The notes: generated by a model not told the origin, from the letters alone. Counted from the first letter of the whole stretch, positions 26,508 through 39,106 are shown. The stretch is DNA of 62,484 nucleotides, filler included, from Squatina squatina (GCA_031763465.1; 3 parts of 3 records of this genome joined end to end with filler, not necessarily neighbours in it); one strand, 5' to 3'. Numbers and translations: made by a program.

Positions 26508-27384
26508 ATGAAAAGTGGAAATAAGAGCTGACGAGAACTCTTATGCAACAAAGAAGAATTCTGGAGATGCTAGTTCACAACTTCTTCAGGTAAACTNNNN
26601 NNNNNNNNNNNNNNNNNNNNNNNNNNNNNNNNNNNNNNNNNNNNNNNNNNNNNNNNNNNNNNNNNNNNNNNNNNNNNNNNNNNNNNNNNNNNNNNNCCCA
26701 AGATAACCTGTACCTTGTTAGCCTAGCTTTACTTCTAAAGACTAGAAAGTTCATCTTTGCTATGCCAAGCAAGACTGCAGTCCGCTCAGTCACAGAGAAA
26801 GGTCTTCAATCCTTCTTGTGTTGCGGTATATTGTGCACTTACAAAATGCTCCAATAATTATCTGCCTTCGCATTGCTCAGCAAGTGGAAATTTGTCAACG
26901 CAGCACTTGTCAATCATCTTTCATTAACTGAACAATTACTTCACGTAAAAGGTGGCACTTTGCCTAATGAAGGGGTCGGATATATAGTCAGTTTGAGTAC
27001 ATATGATTAAATGAGCCGAGGTACAAATTAAGCATTTGTTTTTAATAAGCAAGCTATAGAGATCCTGATCCAAGCATAAATATCTTGACGGACCAATTAT
27101 ACATTCATTATAATTCAACAGTAACCGAACAATGCGGGAAAGTCACAGGAGATTTATGCAATGAAATGATTCAGATGACATAAGAAGTGAGGCTGAAATT
27201 TCAGCAATTTACATCGTCGGAACCACCGCTCAGATAATTATTTGTTATGCAGATTTATTTTTTACATTTGTTCAATTCTGAAAATTCCTGATGACTTCCT
27301 GTGCAACTGTTACTTTTACTTTTGGTGTTTCTGAACTTTGGATCATACAGGACTGATTTCCATGTACCACACCACCTGCTTATA

Positions 27385-28100
27385 TTGTTAAAACCAGCTC
27401 CCGTATCCCGACAGCGGAATTGTTGGCGCCGGTATTTGTGGGAAGGCGGGGAGGGTGTGGGGGAGGCCGGAAAAGATCAAGTAATCCGGCAAGGCCTAGC
27501 ACTGAATGGCAGGACCGCACTATCATCTTTTGTATCTGTTTCCTGCCCAGCAGACGGCCAAATTGACAGCCTAGCCGGTGGCAGAGAGGAAAACCGAGAG
27601 GCAAGGAGGCCGCAACTGGGGAGTCTTGAGTATAGTCCTCATCAACCGGAGGGAGGGTAGGCAGGTTCACGCTGTTGGCCATCGCGGCGGGGGTGAAAGA
27701 TCGGACATCGTGGTAGGAGGAGAAGGCCGCTGATCGGAAAGGCGGAGTAAGGTCGGCCATCAGGGCAGGGAGAGACCAAAGATTTCCTTGAGAGACCTGG
27801 GGGAGCAGTCCTGCACCTCCTGGCCCACCAAGATTGCTGGAAAAGCTTTTTAACCTCGTAGAACCAGCAGCTCCCATCTCCCTTTCGCTGCCGGGTTTCC
27901 CGAGCCTTGGGAAACCCGGCCGGTAACCATTAAATTTAAATTGGGATCTCAACTGCACTGCAGGAAGCTGATTTAAATATTATGAAGAAGTGTCACACTT
28001 CTCCAAGACGGGTCACAGGCATACCTTGCAAACCGTCACCGCAAAAATGGCGGCAGGTTGGGATCGTGTTTCACGATTTTTTTATTTTTAACCTCTGAGC
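27385..28100. mobile_element. GC-rich non-autonomous DNA element, probably Harbinger-type; truncated by spacer
   Basis: Abrupt GC/CpG-rich block with internal motifs like the other MITEs here; termini not resolved. Confidence 0.4.
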
Positions 28101-28200
28101 NNNNNNNNNNNNNNNNNNNNNNNNNNNNNNNNNNNNNNNNNNNNTTAATTAATTAANNNNNNNNNNNNNNNNNNNNNNNNNNNNNNNNNNNNNNNNNNNN
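28101..28200. other. Artificial scaffold spacer 44N-TTAATTAATTAA-44N
   Basis: Six-frame stop linker centred in exactly 100 nt. Confidence 0.95.
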
Positions 28201-28233
28201 TCAGTTGCCCTTTACTGTATAAGTAGACACTTA

Positions 28234-28428
28234 GAGGCCGAAATTGCCCCGCACCCTGTTTGGGGGTGGTAACTCTCCGAGGCCAGAACCTTTAGCGCCT
28301 GGCCCGGAAATCCTGCACTCAACGTAAAATTCTGCCTACCGCCCTGGAAATGAAGCAGAGAATTGTCTCTGTCTTAACGCCTCTGTGGGGTGCTAACAGG
28401 GCTATAAAAAAGGGGCAATTTCAGCCCC
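28234..28428. mobile_element. PIF/Harbinger MITE
   Basis: TIRs GAGGCCGAAATTGCCCC / GGGGCAATTTCAGCCCC; flanks TTA / TTG. Confidence 0.8.
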
Positions 28429-28874
28429 TTGCTGTCTTTCTGGTCTGAGTAATATGGGGACAGCGGCTGCTAGTTCTAAGGGTGGCATGCGCTGCTTTTA
28501 AGCCTTGGGGATGTGAAATAAAGCACAAGCTTGATACCTACAATCTTACATTAGCTCACCACCAGTTATTTGTTTTTGGAGGGCAGTAATTACAACTGAA
28601 TTTAGCTCCTATGAATGAAATGTTGAAGTAATCCAAATGGCTTTCTTATATTGGTTGGTGTATTATAGTGGATTTAAAATGTGAATGAAGTATACTGTAC
28701 TTAATCACACAATCAGAAACTATTTAGGTAACTTTGCATCTTCTAATAAAACTTTTGTACCTAATGTGCTTAAAATAGAAGTTTGAATTTTATTTTGCTA
28801 GTATTGAGTAGCAGCCACAAATGTGCAGTACTGTTGCTTCAACTGAATACTTAGCAACTTCTTTTTTCCTTCAG

Positions 28875-28951
28875 ATCTATGTAATGCACACTGTAGCAGC
28901 TTCTCTGTCTGCATGCCTCTACCAGTGTCTTTGCGATGGCCACAGTTACAG
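28875..28951 (+). CDS. DMXL1: DmX-like protein 1 exon
   Basis: ttccttcag|IYVMHTVAASLSACLYQCLCDGHSY(S)|gtaagt. Confidence 0.88.
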
Positions 28952-31344
28952 GTAAGTGTAAATGCAGTGTATTGAAGTGAAGCCTTTGTTTTCTATTAAT
29001 CAAATTTCTTCCCTTTTTGTCCCCTTCCTTTTATGAAGATATTCACTCCTGCAGGACTACAATTTCATGGATGCCAGGCAACATCCAATATCTTGTACCC
29101 AGTGGCTGTGTAACATGTGCAAGCCCAGAGAATGAGTCTTGAAAGACTGTTTGACTTTTGGGTAGTATTGAGCAGAACCCAAACCTGTCCTCACCCAACA
29201 TCCATATACTTTCCAGCAGGGCCACTGGGTAACGATCAGGAACAGGAACCCTGGGTGACTTGCCCTTCTCTTGCCCAAACAATGTTGAGGCCAAGAGCAC
29301 CATGCCTACNNNNNNNNNNNNNNNNNNNNNNNNNNNNNNNNNNNNNNNNNNNNNNNNNNNNNNNNNNNNNNNNNNNNNNNNNNNNNNNNNNNNNNNNNNN
29401 NNNNNNNNNTTTCTTCAATTTTCTTCTTTAATTTATGGAGGCATCAGAAACTGCAGAATCGAGAAGGTGGTGGTTTTGCATGTCATTACATATGTTCAAA
29501 GCCCCAAGTGACATGGTGAGCATTTAGTGCTTCCCCCTGTTTTATTTCCATTTGTTGGTTGGTTGTCTGAATTTATTTTTAACCTTGGGACTGTCAGCAA
29601 CCCCTTTGCTGTTGACCTAGTGAAAACTGATGCAAAATTCAATTAGACATAATTTTTGAGCGCACTCTGTTCTCTGAACTTTAGATGTTTTGTGAAGTAA
29701 TTTCTTTTAAATTAAAAATCTGATAATCACTACACAAAATAAGGTTGTGAATCATTTAGATTACTTGCCTTTGTGTCTGTGTTGGAGGAGGAAGTAATTT
29801 GAAGTTTTTTTTTAAGATTTGCAAGTCATGTCGGCAAAACTGTTTTTAAAAAAAAAAAGTACAATGCTTAGTTTATTTCACTTATGAAGACTCGAATTCA
29901 GGCCATCTTCACCGTTGCCATTGTTTATACTGTACCTATCGGGCATAGCATTTCCTGGTAATGAGCTGTAGATTATTTCTCAATATTCTACAGTTTTTAT
30001 GTTGCTATAGTTAATCCTCTCTATATAAATGTTATCACTCACCAAGTACACCATTAATGGCTTGTATTCGTACTGATGAAAACTTAAATAAAACTCTTTT
30101 GTAAAATGTAAACCATATATTTATAATGCATACTTCAGTGATTTCAAGAAAGTTGATAGCTGTAGGCTACTCAGACTTTGCACATTATGTTGCCTGAACT
30201 TTCATGGAGATTACTGCCTTATTTTCACTCGAAGAATCCATATTTTATTCAGCAAAGAAAAACATGTACAAATATTTTCTGAAATAATTGTACAATTCTG
30301 TTGCAAATAAGCGTTGGTATATCCGGGTTATCTTTACAATTATGCACACATGATGGGCAGCAGCCTATTTGGGTAAAGATAGTTTGGCAATGGTCTCTCA
30401 GATTCATTATTTTTTAACACTTGTGTGAACTCGGAACTATGAAAATTATATTTTGTTTTTAGCATGAATGTGATAATGAAACTAAGGGCTCCAAATGATT
30501 TATTCTGATTCTCCAGCCTTTCAAAATTCGAAGCTGCTTGGTTTTTTTTCAAATTTAAGTGTTACTATCCATGTTCTCACTCACTTCTATTGTTGGGCAG
30601 TAATGCATGCAAGTAGCTATGTTCACGGAAATAAGAGCAATGCATGATAAACATTCGTTCACTGTCCACTGTTCATAATTCTTTATGTATTGCCTTCATG
30701 TTTTTCCAGCAGCAGATTGATGCTTGTTTATTTTGACAGGAAGGTGGTTACCTGAGCATAGCCAACAGCAGATAGTAATGTACTCCGTGGATTGTGTGGG
30801 GTTTTCAAAAGCTCTTGCAATCTTCAATCCTGCGTGTTCTGCAAGTGCAGCAGGCAAGACAAATAGGACCCGAGTATTTTGTATAGTGTCTCTGCATAGG
30901 AAGCCATTATTTAAAAAAAAAAGTGAAGACTGTTCTTACTTTTGTTTTATTACTGCTTTTATAATACTGTTGCTTTAGTCTGTACTTAGGAAAAATAGCT
31001 GAATTTCTAATGTTTAAATGCTTTCTTTCATATGGTTAAAACTAAACATTATTGTAGTTAAATCCATGTCTGAGCAAGTTCTTAATGTATCAAAACTGTC
31101 AATTTACAGTTCCTGTCTCAAAGTCATAGAGCAGCCAGACTGATGACACTTTTTAATCAATTTAACTTGCTATATATACATTTAAGCAGAATTTCACCTC
31201 ATTGTAGCACTTAAAACTTCTCAGCATCTACCACTTCTATCAGTAGCATCTGTTGCAGTGAATAGTATGGATAATGTCTTTTAAAACTGAAATTAAATCT
31301 GTAGTGCCTTAGAATGCATTGTTCTCGGATGAAAGTTGAATTTG

Positions 31345-31515
31345 TTATGGGTAGTTGCACAAAATGGGCAACAGCGAATTGGCAACAGCAAATCGGCAAC
31401 CGATTTTACACGATTTTCACTGACATCTGTAGAAAATAAAATCGAGCGGGGTGTAAAATCAGCTCTGATTCGCTATCGCCTGCTTTGCACTGCCATCCAA
31501 GACAATTTCACCCCC
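31345..31515. mobile_element. Palindromic Harbinger-type MITE
   Basis: Internal inverted arms (cagcgaatt...gattttacac / gtgtaaaatc...attcgctat); right end caatttcacccc. Confidence 0.6.
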
Positions 31516-31683
31516 ATTTCCTCCTTGTCTCTTTTGTTGGGTCTCGCATACAGCCACTAGGTCTGAGACAATGGAGGCCTACTNNNNNNNNNNNNNNNNN
31601 NNNNNNNNNNNNNNNNNNNNNNNNNNNNNNNNNNNNNNNNNNNNNNNNNNNNNNNNNNNNNNNNNNNNNNNNNNNNNNNNNNN

Positions 31684-31850
31684 CTATATTCAAAAGGGAG
31701 TTAGATGTGGCCCTTACGGCTAAAGGGATCAGGGGGTATGGAGAGAAAGCAGGTACGGGGCACTGAGTTGAATGATCAGCCATGATCATATTGAATGGCG
31801 GTGCAGGCTCGAAGGGCCTACTTCTACACCTATTTTCTATGTTTCTATCA
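31684..31850 (+). mobile_element. CR1 LINE 3' end
   Basis: IFKRELDVALTAKGIRGYGEKAG followed by CR1 3'UTR. Confidence 0.9.
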
Positions 31851-31854
31851 TAAC

Positions 31855-31982
31855 CAATGTTCTCTCTAAGGGTCTGCACGGGCCATTCAAAATTCCACGC
31901 ATGCGCGGTTTTTCTATTTAAAACCTGGCTCGCCGGCTGTGTGGGACCTGCAGAGCAGCTGCACAGCTTAAAGGGAACGTTG
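31855..31982. mobile_element. hAT-like MITE (128 bp)
   Basis: TIRs CAATGTTCTCTCTAAG / CTTAAAGGGAACGTTG; second copy at 13782-13877. Confidence 0.75.
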
Positions 31983-32324
31983 CTCCCCACAATTTCCGTC
32001 CCCCCACCCTGCACGGAACACCTTTGGCAGTAATATCGGGGCCGTAAGAGTGTGCATTTTCTATTTTTTTTGTTTCTGATCTTCTGCATCTATGGTATTG
32101 TGTTTTTTGTTCCTACGAATCACTTCATTCAATTCATAAATAAGGAATAAATGTAAAAAGAATAAATTAGTTTCACAGTTAGTGGAAAAAAATAATGCAT
32201 GCTGAAAACTATGAAAAGGTAAAGCTATAAATGGCTAGATATTGCAGTACATTTAAGTTAAATCTAGAATCACATTTTTTATCTAGTTGCAGCTGTTATA
32301 ACCTGCACATATTCTTTCCTCCAG

Positions 32325-32452
32325 CCCTTCCTTCCCCCATCACAGAGCAAAATTGAGTATGATTCAGAAGAGAGCCAGGACAGTGATGATGAGGAAGATG
32401 CTTTTGCTTCAGACATACAGCTTCAAGAGCATTCAAATCCTAATTCTTTCAG
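32325..32452 (+). CDS. DMXL1: DMXL1 exon
   Basis: ccag|PFLPPSQSKIEYDSEESQDSDDEEDAFASDIQLQEHSNPNSF(S)|gtaaga. Confidence 0.92.
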
Positions 32453-33489
32453 GTAAGAGATTACCTTGGCCTGTTTTCACTTGATAAAAATGACTTTGAT
32501 ATCTTCATTTCCTCTCCACCAAACTTTGTTACCCTTTTGGTTTCTCCTTCAGCCCCATTTTCTTACCTTTTTGTTTTACTGGGTCACACAGTTCTTAGTC
32601 AAAATAGGAAGCAACATTTGCTCAAATCCTGTGAATACTCTGGATTTTTCCGGAGGAGTTGCTCTCCTCCCCACAATAGTTATTCCGTAGTCTGACTACC
32701 AGATGTTACATTTTGCTTTATGAAATACTTCACTACACTGCTTTTTAGAAAAGGGTTGGGCAGCACAGTGAATCACTGCATTCTTGTAGAATCAAAGAAT
32801 AATGCAGCATTTGGCCCATCATGCCTGTGCCGGCTCCTTGGTAGAGTTATCCAATTAATCCCACTCTCCTGCTCTTTCCTGATATATCCCTATAAATTTT
32901 TCCCTTCAAGTATTTATCTAATTCCCTTTTGAATGCTGTTAATGAATCTGCTTCCACCACCTTTTCAGGCAGTGCATTCCAGATCACAACAACTAGCTAA
33001 GTAAAAAAAAGAAGTTTCCTCTGCTGCATCTGGTTCTTTTGCCCCTGTCTGATCCCTCCTATTTCTGAACTAATCTTTACTCTAGTGCTAGTTGCCTCTC
33101 CCAGTCCTCTCTGCACCTTGCTTCTCCTCTCCAATATTTCATCCTGTTGTGCATTCCCCTGCCAAATTAGTTTAAACCCTCCCCCACAGTACTAGTTAAC
33201 CTTCCCGCAAGGACATTGGTTNNNNNNNNNNNNNNNNNNNNNNNNNNNNNNNNNNNNNNNNNNNNNNNNNNNNNNNNNNNNNNNNNNNNNNNNNNNNNNN
33301 NNNNNNNNNNNNNNNNNNNNNTCCATCTGACCTCAGCCCATCTGTTACTGAAACCCTCATCCATACCTTGTCACCTCCAGACTCAATCATTCCTGGCTGG
33401 CCATCTATCCTCCTTCCTCTGTAAAGTACAACTCATCCAAATCTCTGCTGATTTAAGTCCCAATCACACAATTAACCTTTCATTCTTTG

Positions 33490-33900
33490 CAACATTTTAG
33501 TGAACCTGTGTGCAGCTCCAATATTCTTTCCATCACTGGGTCTGCAAAACTGCGCACAGTATTCCAACTATGGCCTAACCAATGTCTTTTGAAGATTGAT
33601 GATAGTCTCTTTGTATTCAGTACCACTATATATAAAGTCCAGTATACCATTTGCCGTTTTCATGCCTTACATCTCCTTGCCTGCTTTCGGAGATGTATAT
33701 ATTGTACCCGAGCTCTCTGTCTTTAACTCCATTGAGAATTTTACCAATTAGGGCATATTTATATTTTCTATTCCTTTTCCCAAAATATATTCCTTCACAT
33801 GTATCTAATTTGAACTGCAATTACCGCATATCTGTCCACTCCCCTAGCAGGTCTATCACCTGTAATCCCCTACATTCTTCCTCACAGTTTGCCATGTCCT
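33490..33900 (-). mobile_element. CR1 ORF2 fragment, degenerate
   Basis: MQFKLDTCEGIYFGKRN and VRP.LEYCAQF motifs on the minus strand. Confidence 0.75.
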
Positions 33901-34408
33901 TTTTATAAAGAAGTGACCTTTAGCAGATTTTGATATCTGAAGTTGGTAAATTACATTATGTCTTGTAGCTCCTGGATACCTATTACTTGTTCGATTGCTT
34001 CACTTGGTAATCCTTACTTAAAATATTGATGATATACATTTCTAAGATTATAGAACAATAAAGTTTATTTTAATTGAGTTTGTAAAAAAAAAAAGCACTT
34101 GTCTCAAATATCTACTATCATCCTATTAAAAGCATTAAAAGGAATGACCAATCTGATTTTATCAGGAAGATTATTTTATATGTTATTTCTTATGAGATTA
34201 GTCTACGAGGACTTTCAGGTAGTGACAGCAGAAACACCAATGCAATATTTATATGTAGTGCCTAGCTTATGGCCAGTAATACTTTTCATTTTTCAATATA
34301 AAGGACAGAGCCTCATCTATAACAGAATGTTTTCTAATTCATGCTTAATTCATCTCTTTTTTTTTTAAAACCATTTGTCTTGTGGCTGTTCTTTGTTCTG
34401 TGATGTAG

Positions 34409-34471
34409 TCAGTAGACACCTCCAATGAAACAGTCAGAAATTCTATGACGGAGGAACCTAGCAGCAACAAG
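34409..34471 (+). CDS. DMXL1: DMXL1 63-nt exon, probably an alternative cassette
   Basis: tgtag|SVDTSNETVRNSMTEEPSSNK|gtacag; phase 0-0, in frame with the next exon. Confidence 0.65.
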
Positions 34472-35015
34472 GTACAGCTCAACTGTTAATAACCAGCTCT
34501 GGCACTGAATGTAGTGTTCTCCCAGGAATTACTGTTCTGCTGTAATGCAATGTTAGCATCCAATCCAACATAATTTGATTAAATAAATAACTGAATCTGT
34601 ACTACTTTAAAAAAAAACTATAAATTCAAATAAGATTGTACAAGCCAAAGTGTCTGGGATGACCACACATTAAGTAAGGTTCATAAACTGCCAGAGTAAC
34701 AGCATTCACTATATCATGTATTTGGAAATCTAAAAATTTCCTTTTACTTGTGTTAGTGAACTGCAAATAAAAAAATTATGGGCTTGATTTTCCATTAACT
34801 CTCAAGNNNNNNNNNNNNNNNNNNNNNNNNNNNNNNNNNNNNNNNNNNNNNNNNNNNNNNNNNNNNNNNNNNNNNNNNNNNNNNNNNNNNNNNNNNNNNN
34901 NNNNNNTCGATCAGGGCTTGTTGTGCAGTTCTAATGTTTGATTACCCCGTGGTACTATTGGGAAATACATTGAGTTATGATAGTATGTCGTCTTTTTCTG
35001 TCCTACTTTGTAAAG

Positions 35016-35102
35016 GTGGAAGCAGATTCTGGTTACCCTGGTGGAAGGGCAAGGATTGTCCATAAAGAATCTGACATCATTACAGCATTTGCAATTAATA
35101 AA
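35016..35102 (+). CDS. DMXL1: DMXL1 exon
   Basis: taaag|VEADSGYPGGRARIVHKESDIITAFAINK|gtaagt. Confidence 0.93.
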
Positions 35103-35348
35103 GTAAGTGAGCACAGTTTCAGCAATGTCAACACTTCTAAATTGCCAGTTTAATTGCTTCTTTGAATAAGGTAGTGTGCTTTTCAGTTGAAAACTAATAA
35201 ATACTGTTTTTGAAAAGACTGCATTTAATGGAATTCTATTTTTACATTACGAGGTGAACAGCATTTGTCATTGCAGGCAACTTGGGTTTCTTTTCCTCCA
35301 AGTATTGGTGTGTAAATCTGAAGTAATTCTGCTCTGCTAATTTCTCAG

Positions 35349-35470
35349 GCCAACCGGAACTGTGTTGTCATAGCCACAAGTCATGATATCCAGGAGTTGG
35401 ATGTGTCCGCAATCCTGGCTACCCAGATCTATACTTGGGTTGAAGATGAGTTTGAGCTGGAATCTAAAGG
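35349..35470 (+). CDS. DMXL1: DMXL1 exon
   Basis: ctcag|ANRNCVVIATSHDIQELDVSAILATQIYTWVEDEFELESK(G)|gtatgt. Confidence 0.93.
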
Positions 35471-36296
35471 GTATGTACAGTGGGAGCAAATTTGATTTTC
35501 TGCTTTATAATTAAGAAGACCATGCAGTGTAAAATAGCCTTCATAAAATAATCCAAATTCCTAAACCTCTGGTAGCCTGCATAATATTTCAGTGATATTT
35601 ATTTCAAAAAGTTTGTAATCTCCAGTTGTGTGCTCCCAAGTAAGACAATTCTTAGCATTCTGGGAAAAAAAACACTGATGATGACCCAGTTGCCCAAGTA
35701 ACAGTGTGATAGATAGCCTGTTGTCAAATATGATGGATGCATTACTGACCAAAACTATTTTCCCATTTATTAGCCCAAAAAATGTTTAAACACTGACGAG
35801 TGTGATTTATAACTGAATGAGCCGGAACTTGTGGTCAGCAGCGAAGTGACAGCGCTTGTTGCTGCCCTTGAAAAAAGCTGCCCACAAAGATCTAGCAATA
35901 NNNNNNNNNNNNNNNNNNNNNNNNNNNNNNNNNNNNNNNNNNNNNNNNNNNNNNNNNNNNNNNNNNNNNNNNNNNNNNNNNNNNNNNNNNNNNNNNNNNN
36001 CTGCCCTTGTACTTCTAGATGGTAGAGGTCGTGGGTTTGGGAGAAGAAGCCTTGGTGAGTTGCTGCAGTGCCTCTTGTAGATGTTACTCACTGCAGCCAC
36101 AGAGCGCTGTTGGTGCAGGTAGAGAAAAAAATAATCTCATGTTTTACATAGCAGCAGACTTTTTGAATTGGGCAGTAAAATTTGGTATCTTTAACATGCT
36201 CGTACTTGCTCTGCTTCAGAAGCCTTTGAAATAATGCATTGTAAATATTGCTACATACATTTTCAGTATAACAGCATGCAATATTCACTTTGGCAG

Positions 36297-36357
36297 ATGA
36301 TCAAGAGGAACATGAATAATGCCAGGAGGATGGCTTCACATCCAACACTACCTTATT
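36297..36357 (+). CDS. DMXL1: DMXL1 exon
   Basis: ggcag|MIKRNMNNARRMASHPTLPY|gtgagt. Confidence 0.9.
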
Positions 36358-36633
36358 GTGAGTGTTTGGCACTCTGGAGTGAATGTAATGTGTAATGTCT
36401 TTTTGTTACTAAGCTGTCATGTCATCATTTGTTGAAAAGCATGATCAGGTTTACATGCTTTTCTGCTCTTGAGTTAATCTTCAGATGTAGATTAAAATTT
36501 GACTCACCGAACTGCTTTTAAATAAATATCACACTGTTGGATTAAACTGTGATTGAATAAAACATCTTATTGCATGTTTTTGTTTCAGGAGTACTGGTGT
36601 TGTAATTTGGGGTTGTGGTTTTGAAAAGTTATT

Positions 36634-37258
36634 GGCCCAGATTTTACGGTTAGCGGCGAAGTGATAACATTCGCTGCTACCCACAAAGATCTAACCATCT
36701 CTGAGGTGGATTTCACCTCTCCTGACGTTAATTTCATTCTTGCATCACCGAAAGGGAATCTCCAGCATTCAGCAACAGTGATATCACCAAGAGGTTTCGC
36801 AGACAGCAAAGCAGGAAGAAAAAAAGCACTAATTGTCCTTCACCTTTTTAATCATTTTACAGAGAGCGAAATAAAAATTGGGACTTGCACGTGGAATTAT
36901 GCAGGAAGCTGAAATATCATAAACAAACTTTAAAAAAAAATTATAGTAAAACCATGGAATTATTATCATAATGGAAGAATATGACATTCCACAAATATAA
37001 AATTAGTCTTTCAGGGCCAGAACGGTTGTTCGGCTGTTAAAAACCCAGTTGCACCTTTTCCAACAAGGCTTAACTTTTTTGGAGGTCTTTAATAGTGATA
37101 TTCCAGTGTAAAAGGGGAAGTTTTCACCAGTTTGTGATTTGAATTAATTGCAGGTCCCGAGAGTTCAAGATCACAGCCCGTGGAGAAGCATAGAATCACT
37201 GACAGCAATTTCTGGATTTCCGCGTATATCTGCCCACGTGTGGACTCTAGAAGTTGTT
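36634..37258. mobile_element. Non-autonomous DNA element (Harbinger-like)
   Basis: Start ggcccagattttacggttagcggcgaagtga resembles 35818-35900 (gagccggaacttgtggtcagcagcgaagtga...cccacaaagatcta). Confidence 0.5.
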
Positions 37259-37259
37259 G

Positions 37260-37440
37260 CCTCTCTACCCCTCTTTCCTCTTTTAAGACACTCCTTAAAG
37301 CCTATCTCTTTGACCAAGCTTTTTGCCATCTGCCCTCATATCTCATGTGGTTCGGTGTCAACTTTTGTTTTATAACACTCCTGTGAAGCACCTTGGGACA
37401 TTTTATTACGTTACAAGCACTGTATAAGTGAAAGTTATTG
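37260..37440 (+). mobile_element. L2-type LINE 3' tail
   Basis: Similar to 9845-9998. Confidence 0.7.
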
Positions 37441-38076
37441 GTGCTGATAGTTTCGGGGNNNNNNNNNNNNNNNNNNNNNNNNNNNNNNNNNNNNNNNNNN
37501 NNNNNNNNNNNNNNNNNNNNNNNNNNNNNNNNNNNNNNNNNNNNNNNNNNNNNNNNNNAAATTGTCAGTAGTTTTGTGTTGAGTCTGTTTCGACTGATCT
37601 ATTTTGAAACCAGTTCACTTCAGATCCTTAATAGCTGGCTTTATCTACAGATTATACAGATAAAATTTCAATGCTTGAACCAAAAGCTGTTTTTTTGGAA
37701 GTAGTAACAATTGTGCCAATGTCATTTTTATTTTTAAGATGCTGGCACAGTGGTACAATGGTAAAGGGGCAAAAAAATTTACAAATTAGATTTAAAGCAC
37801 AGTCTGCTTTTTAATATGACACCATGTAAACGATATATAAAACAAGCTGTTTTTCCTCACTTCAAAGCCTTCACAATATGATCTTTTAGATGACCTGCTT
37901 GGAGTTTCAAAATGCTACGATCAAAGAAATAATTTCAATATTAGTTTTCTCATTGCTATTGAGCATTAGAAATATTGTAAGAAGACAAAACTACCACTAG
38001 TGAGCCTGGAAAGAAATGCAAAAACTTGCTGTCCCTTTAGAGTTATAAGGTATGTAACCATGTATCTTTTTATCAG

Positions 38077-38160
38077 TTTGGCATTGTTGATGGAGATGGA
38101 TTCCTGAGCTTCTGGCAAACAAGTCCAATTGCTTTAGGGGCCACACCAAAACCTTACCTG
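38077..38160 (+). CDS. DMXL1: DMXL1 exon (WD40 region)
   Basis: atcag|FGIVDGDGFLSFWQTSPIALGATPKPYL|gtgagc. Confidence 0.92.
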
Positions 38161-38267
38161 GTGAGCTGATCATTAGCTGTCCTTACATGTTTAAATTTGA
38201 TATGTTAATAAACTATCATGTAACTTGCGCTGCATATTCATTAATTGAATTATGTTTTATTTTTCAG

Positions 38268-38359
38268 ACCTGGCAGTGCCATAACAAAACTGCAAATGAT
38301 TTTGTTTTTGTTAGTTCTTCTACTTTAATAGCAACAGCAGGACTGTCCAGTGACAACAG
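38268..38359 (+). CDS. DMXL1: DMXL1 exon (WD40 region)
   Basis: ttcag|TWQCHNKTANDFVFVSSSTLIATAGLSSDN(R)|gtaaga. Confidence 0.93.
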
Positions 38360-38409
38360 GTAAGATTAACACTGAAGTTTATATCTTGGACATATGTATA
38401 AGGTGCTTT

Positions 38410-38534
38410 AAGATTAGTGAAGACAAATGTAGATCCCTTGCAGTCAGAAACAGGTGCATTTATAATGGGGAACAAAGAAATGGCAGACCAATTGAACAAT
38501 TACTTTGGTTCTGTCTTCACTAAGGAAGATACAA
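38410..38534 (+). mobile_element. CR1 ORF2 fragment
   Basis: KTNVDPLQSETGAFIMGNKEMADQLNNYFGSVFTKED. Confidence 0.85.
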
Positions 38535-38634
38535 NNNNNNNNNNNNNNNNNNNNNNNNNNNNNNNNNNNNNNNNNNNNNNNNNNNNNNNNNNNNNNNNNN
38601 NNNNNNNNNNNNNNNNNNNNNNNNNNNNNNNNNN

Positions 38635-38880
38635 TTGTTTCCCTCCCACCCTATCACAGACCTTTCCTTCTACTCTTTCTCCCCTCCCCCCCCTTCCCCC
38701 AACTCTGCAGGTGCTTAAAAAAACCTGCTACAATTCTAACTTTTTCCAGTTCTGACGAAGGGTCTTGGACCTGAAACATTAACTCTGTTTCTCTCTCTAC
38801 AGATGCCTGACCTCCTGAGTTTTTTCCAGCATTCTGTTTAAATTTTAGATTCCAGCATCTGCAGTCTATTGCTTTTGTAT
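38635..38880 (+). mobile_element. Penelope-like element terminus containing a minimal hammerhead ribozyme core
   Basis: CTGACGA-AGGGTC-ttg-GACCT-GAAA at 38752-38776, then the same tail as 26410-26507. Confidence 0.7.
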
Positions 38881-39106
38881 TAAAAATATTAAATCTAATC
38901 ATTAGACTCTAATGAACTCTAAGGTTTTGATGCAGTTTGTTTAAAGCAGTTTTTTACTGCAGTATACTAAAACAATGTAGATTATAGTGTAACTAGTTGA
39001 TATCCTCTGGAAAGTTTGTTGGAAAAAAATGTATAGGATTACCAGACTGTCCACAAAACAAGGCAACTGGAAGTGCCATATTCAATGTATCGTTTTTGAA
39101 TTCCAG

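Noticed and set aside
27380-27958. 192-aa minus-strand ORF
   Set aside because: Lies in a GC-rich repeat-like block; no domain or splice structure recognised.
28145-28156. TTAATTAATTAA as a homeodomain or PacI site
   Set aside because: Centred exactly in N runs twice, so it is an artificial linker.
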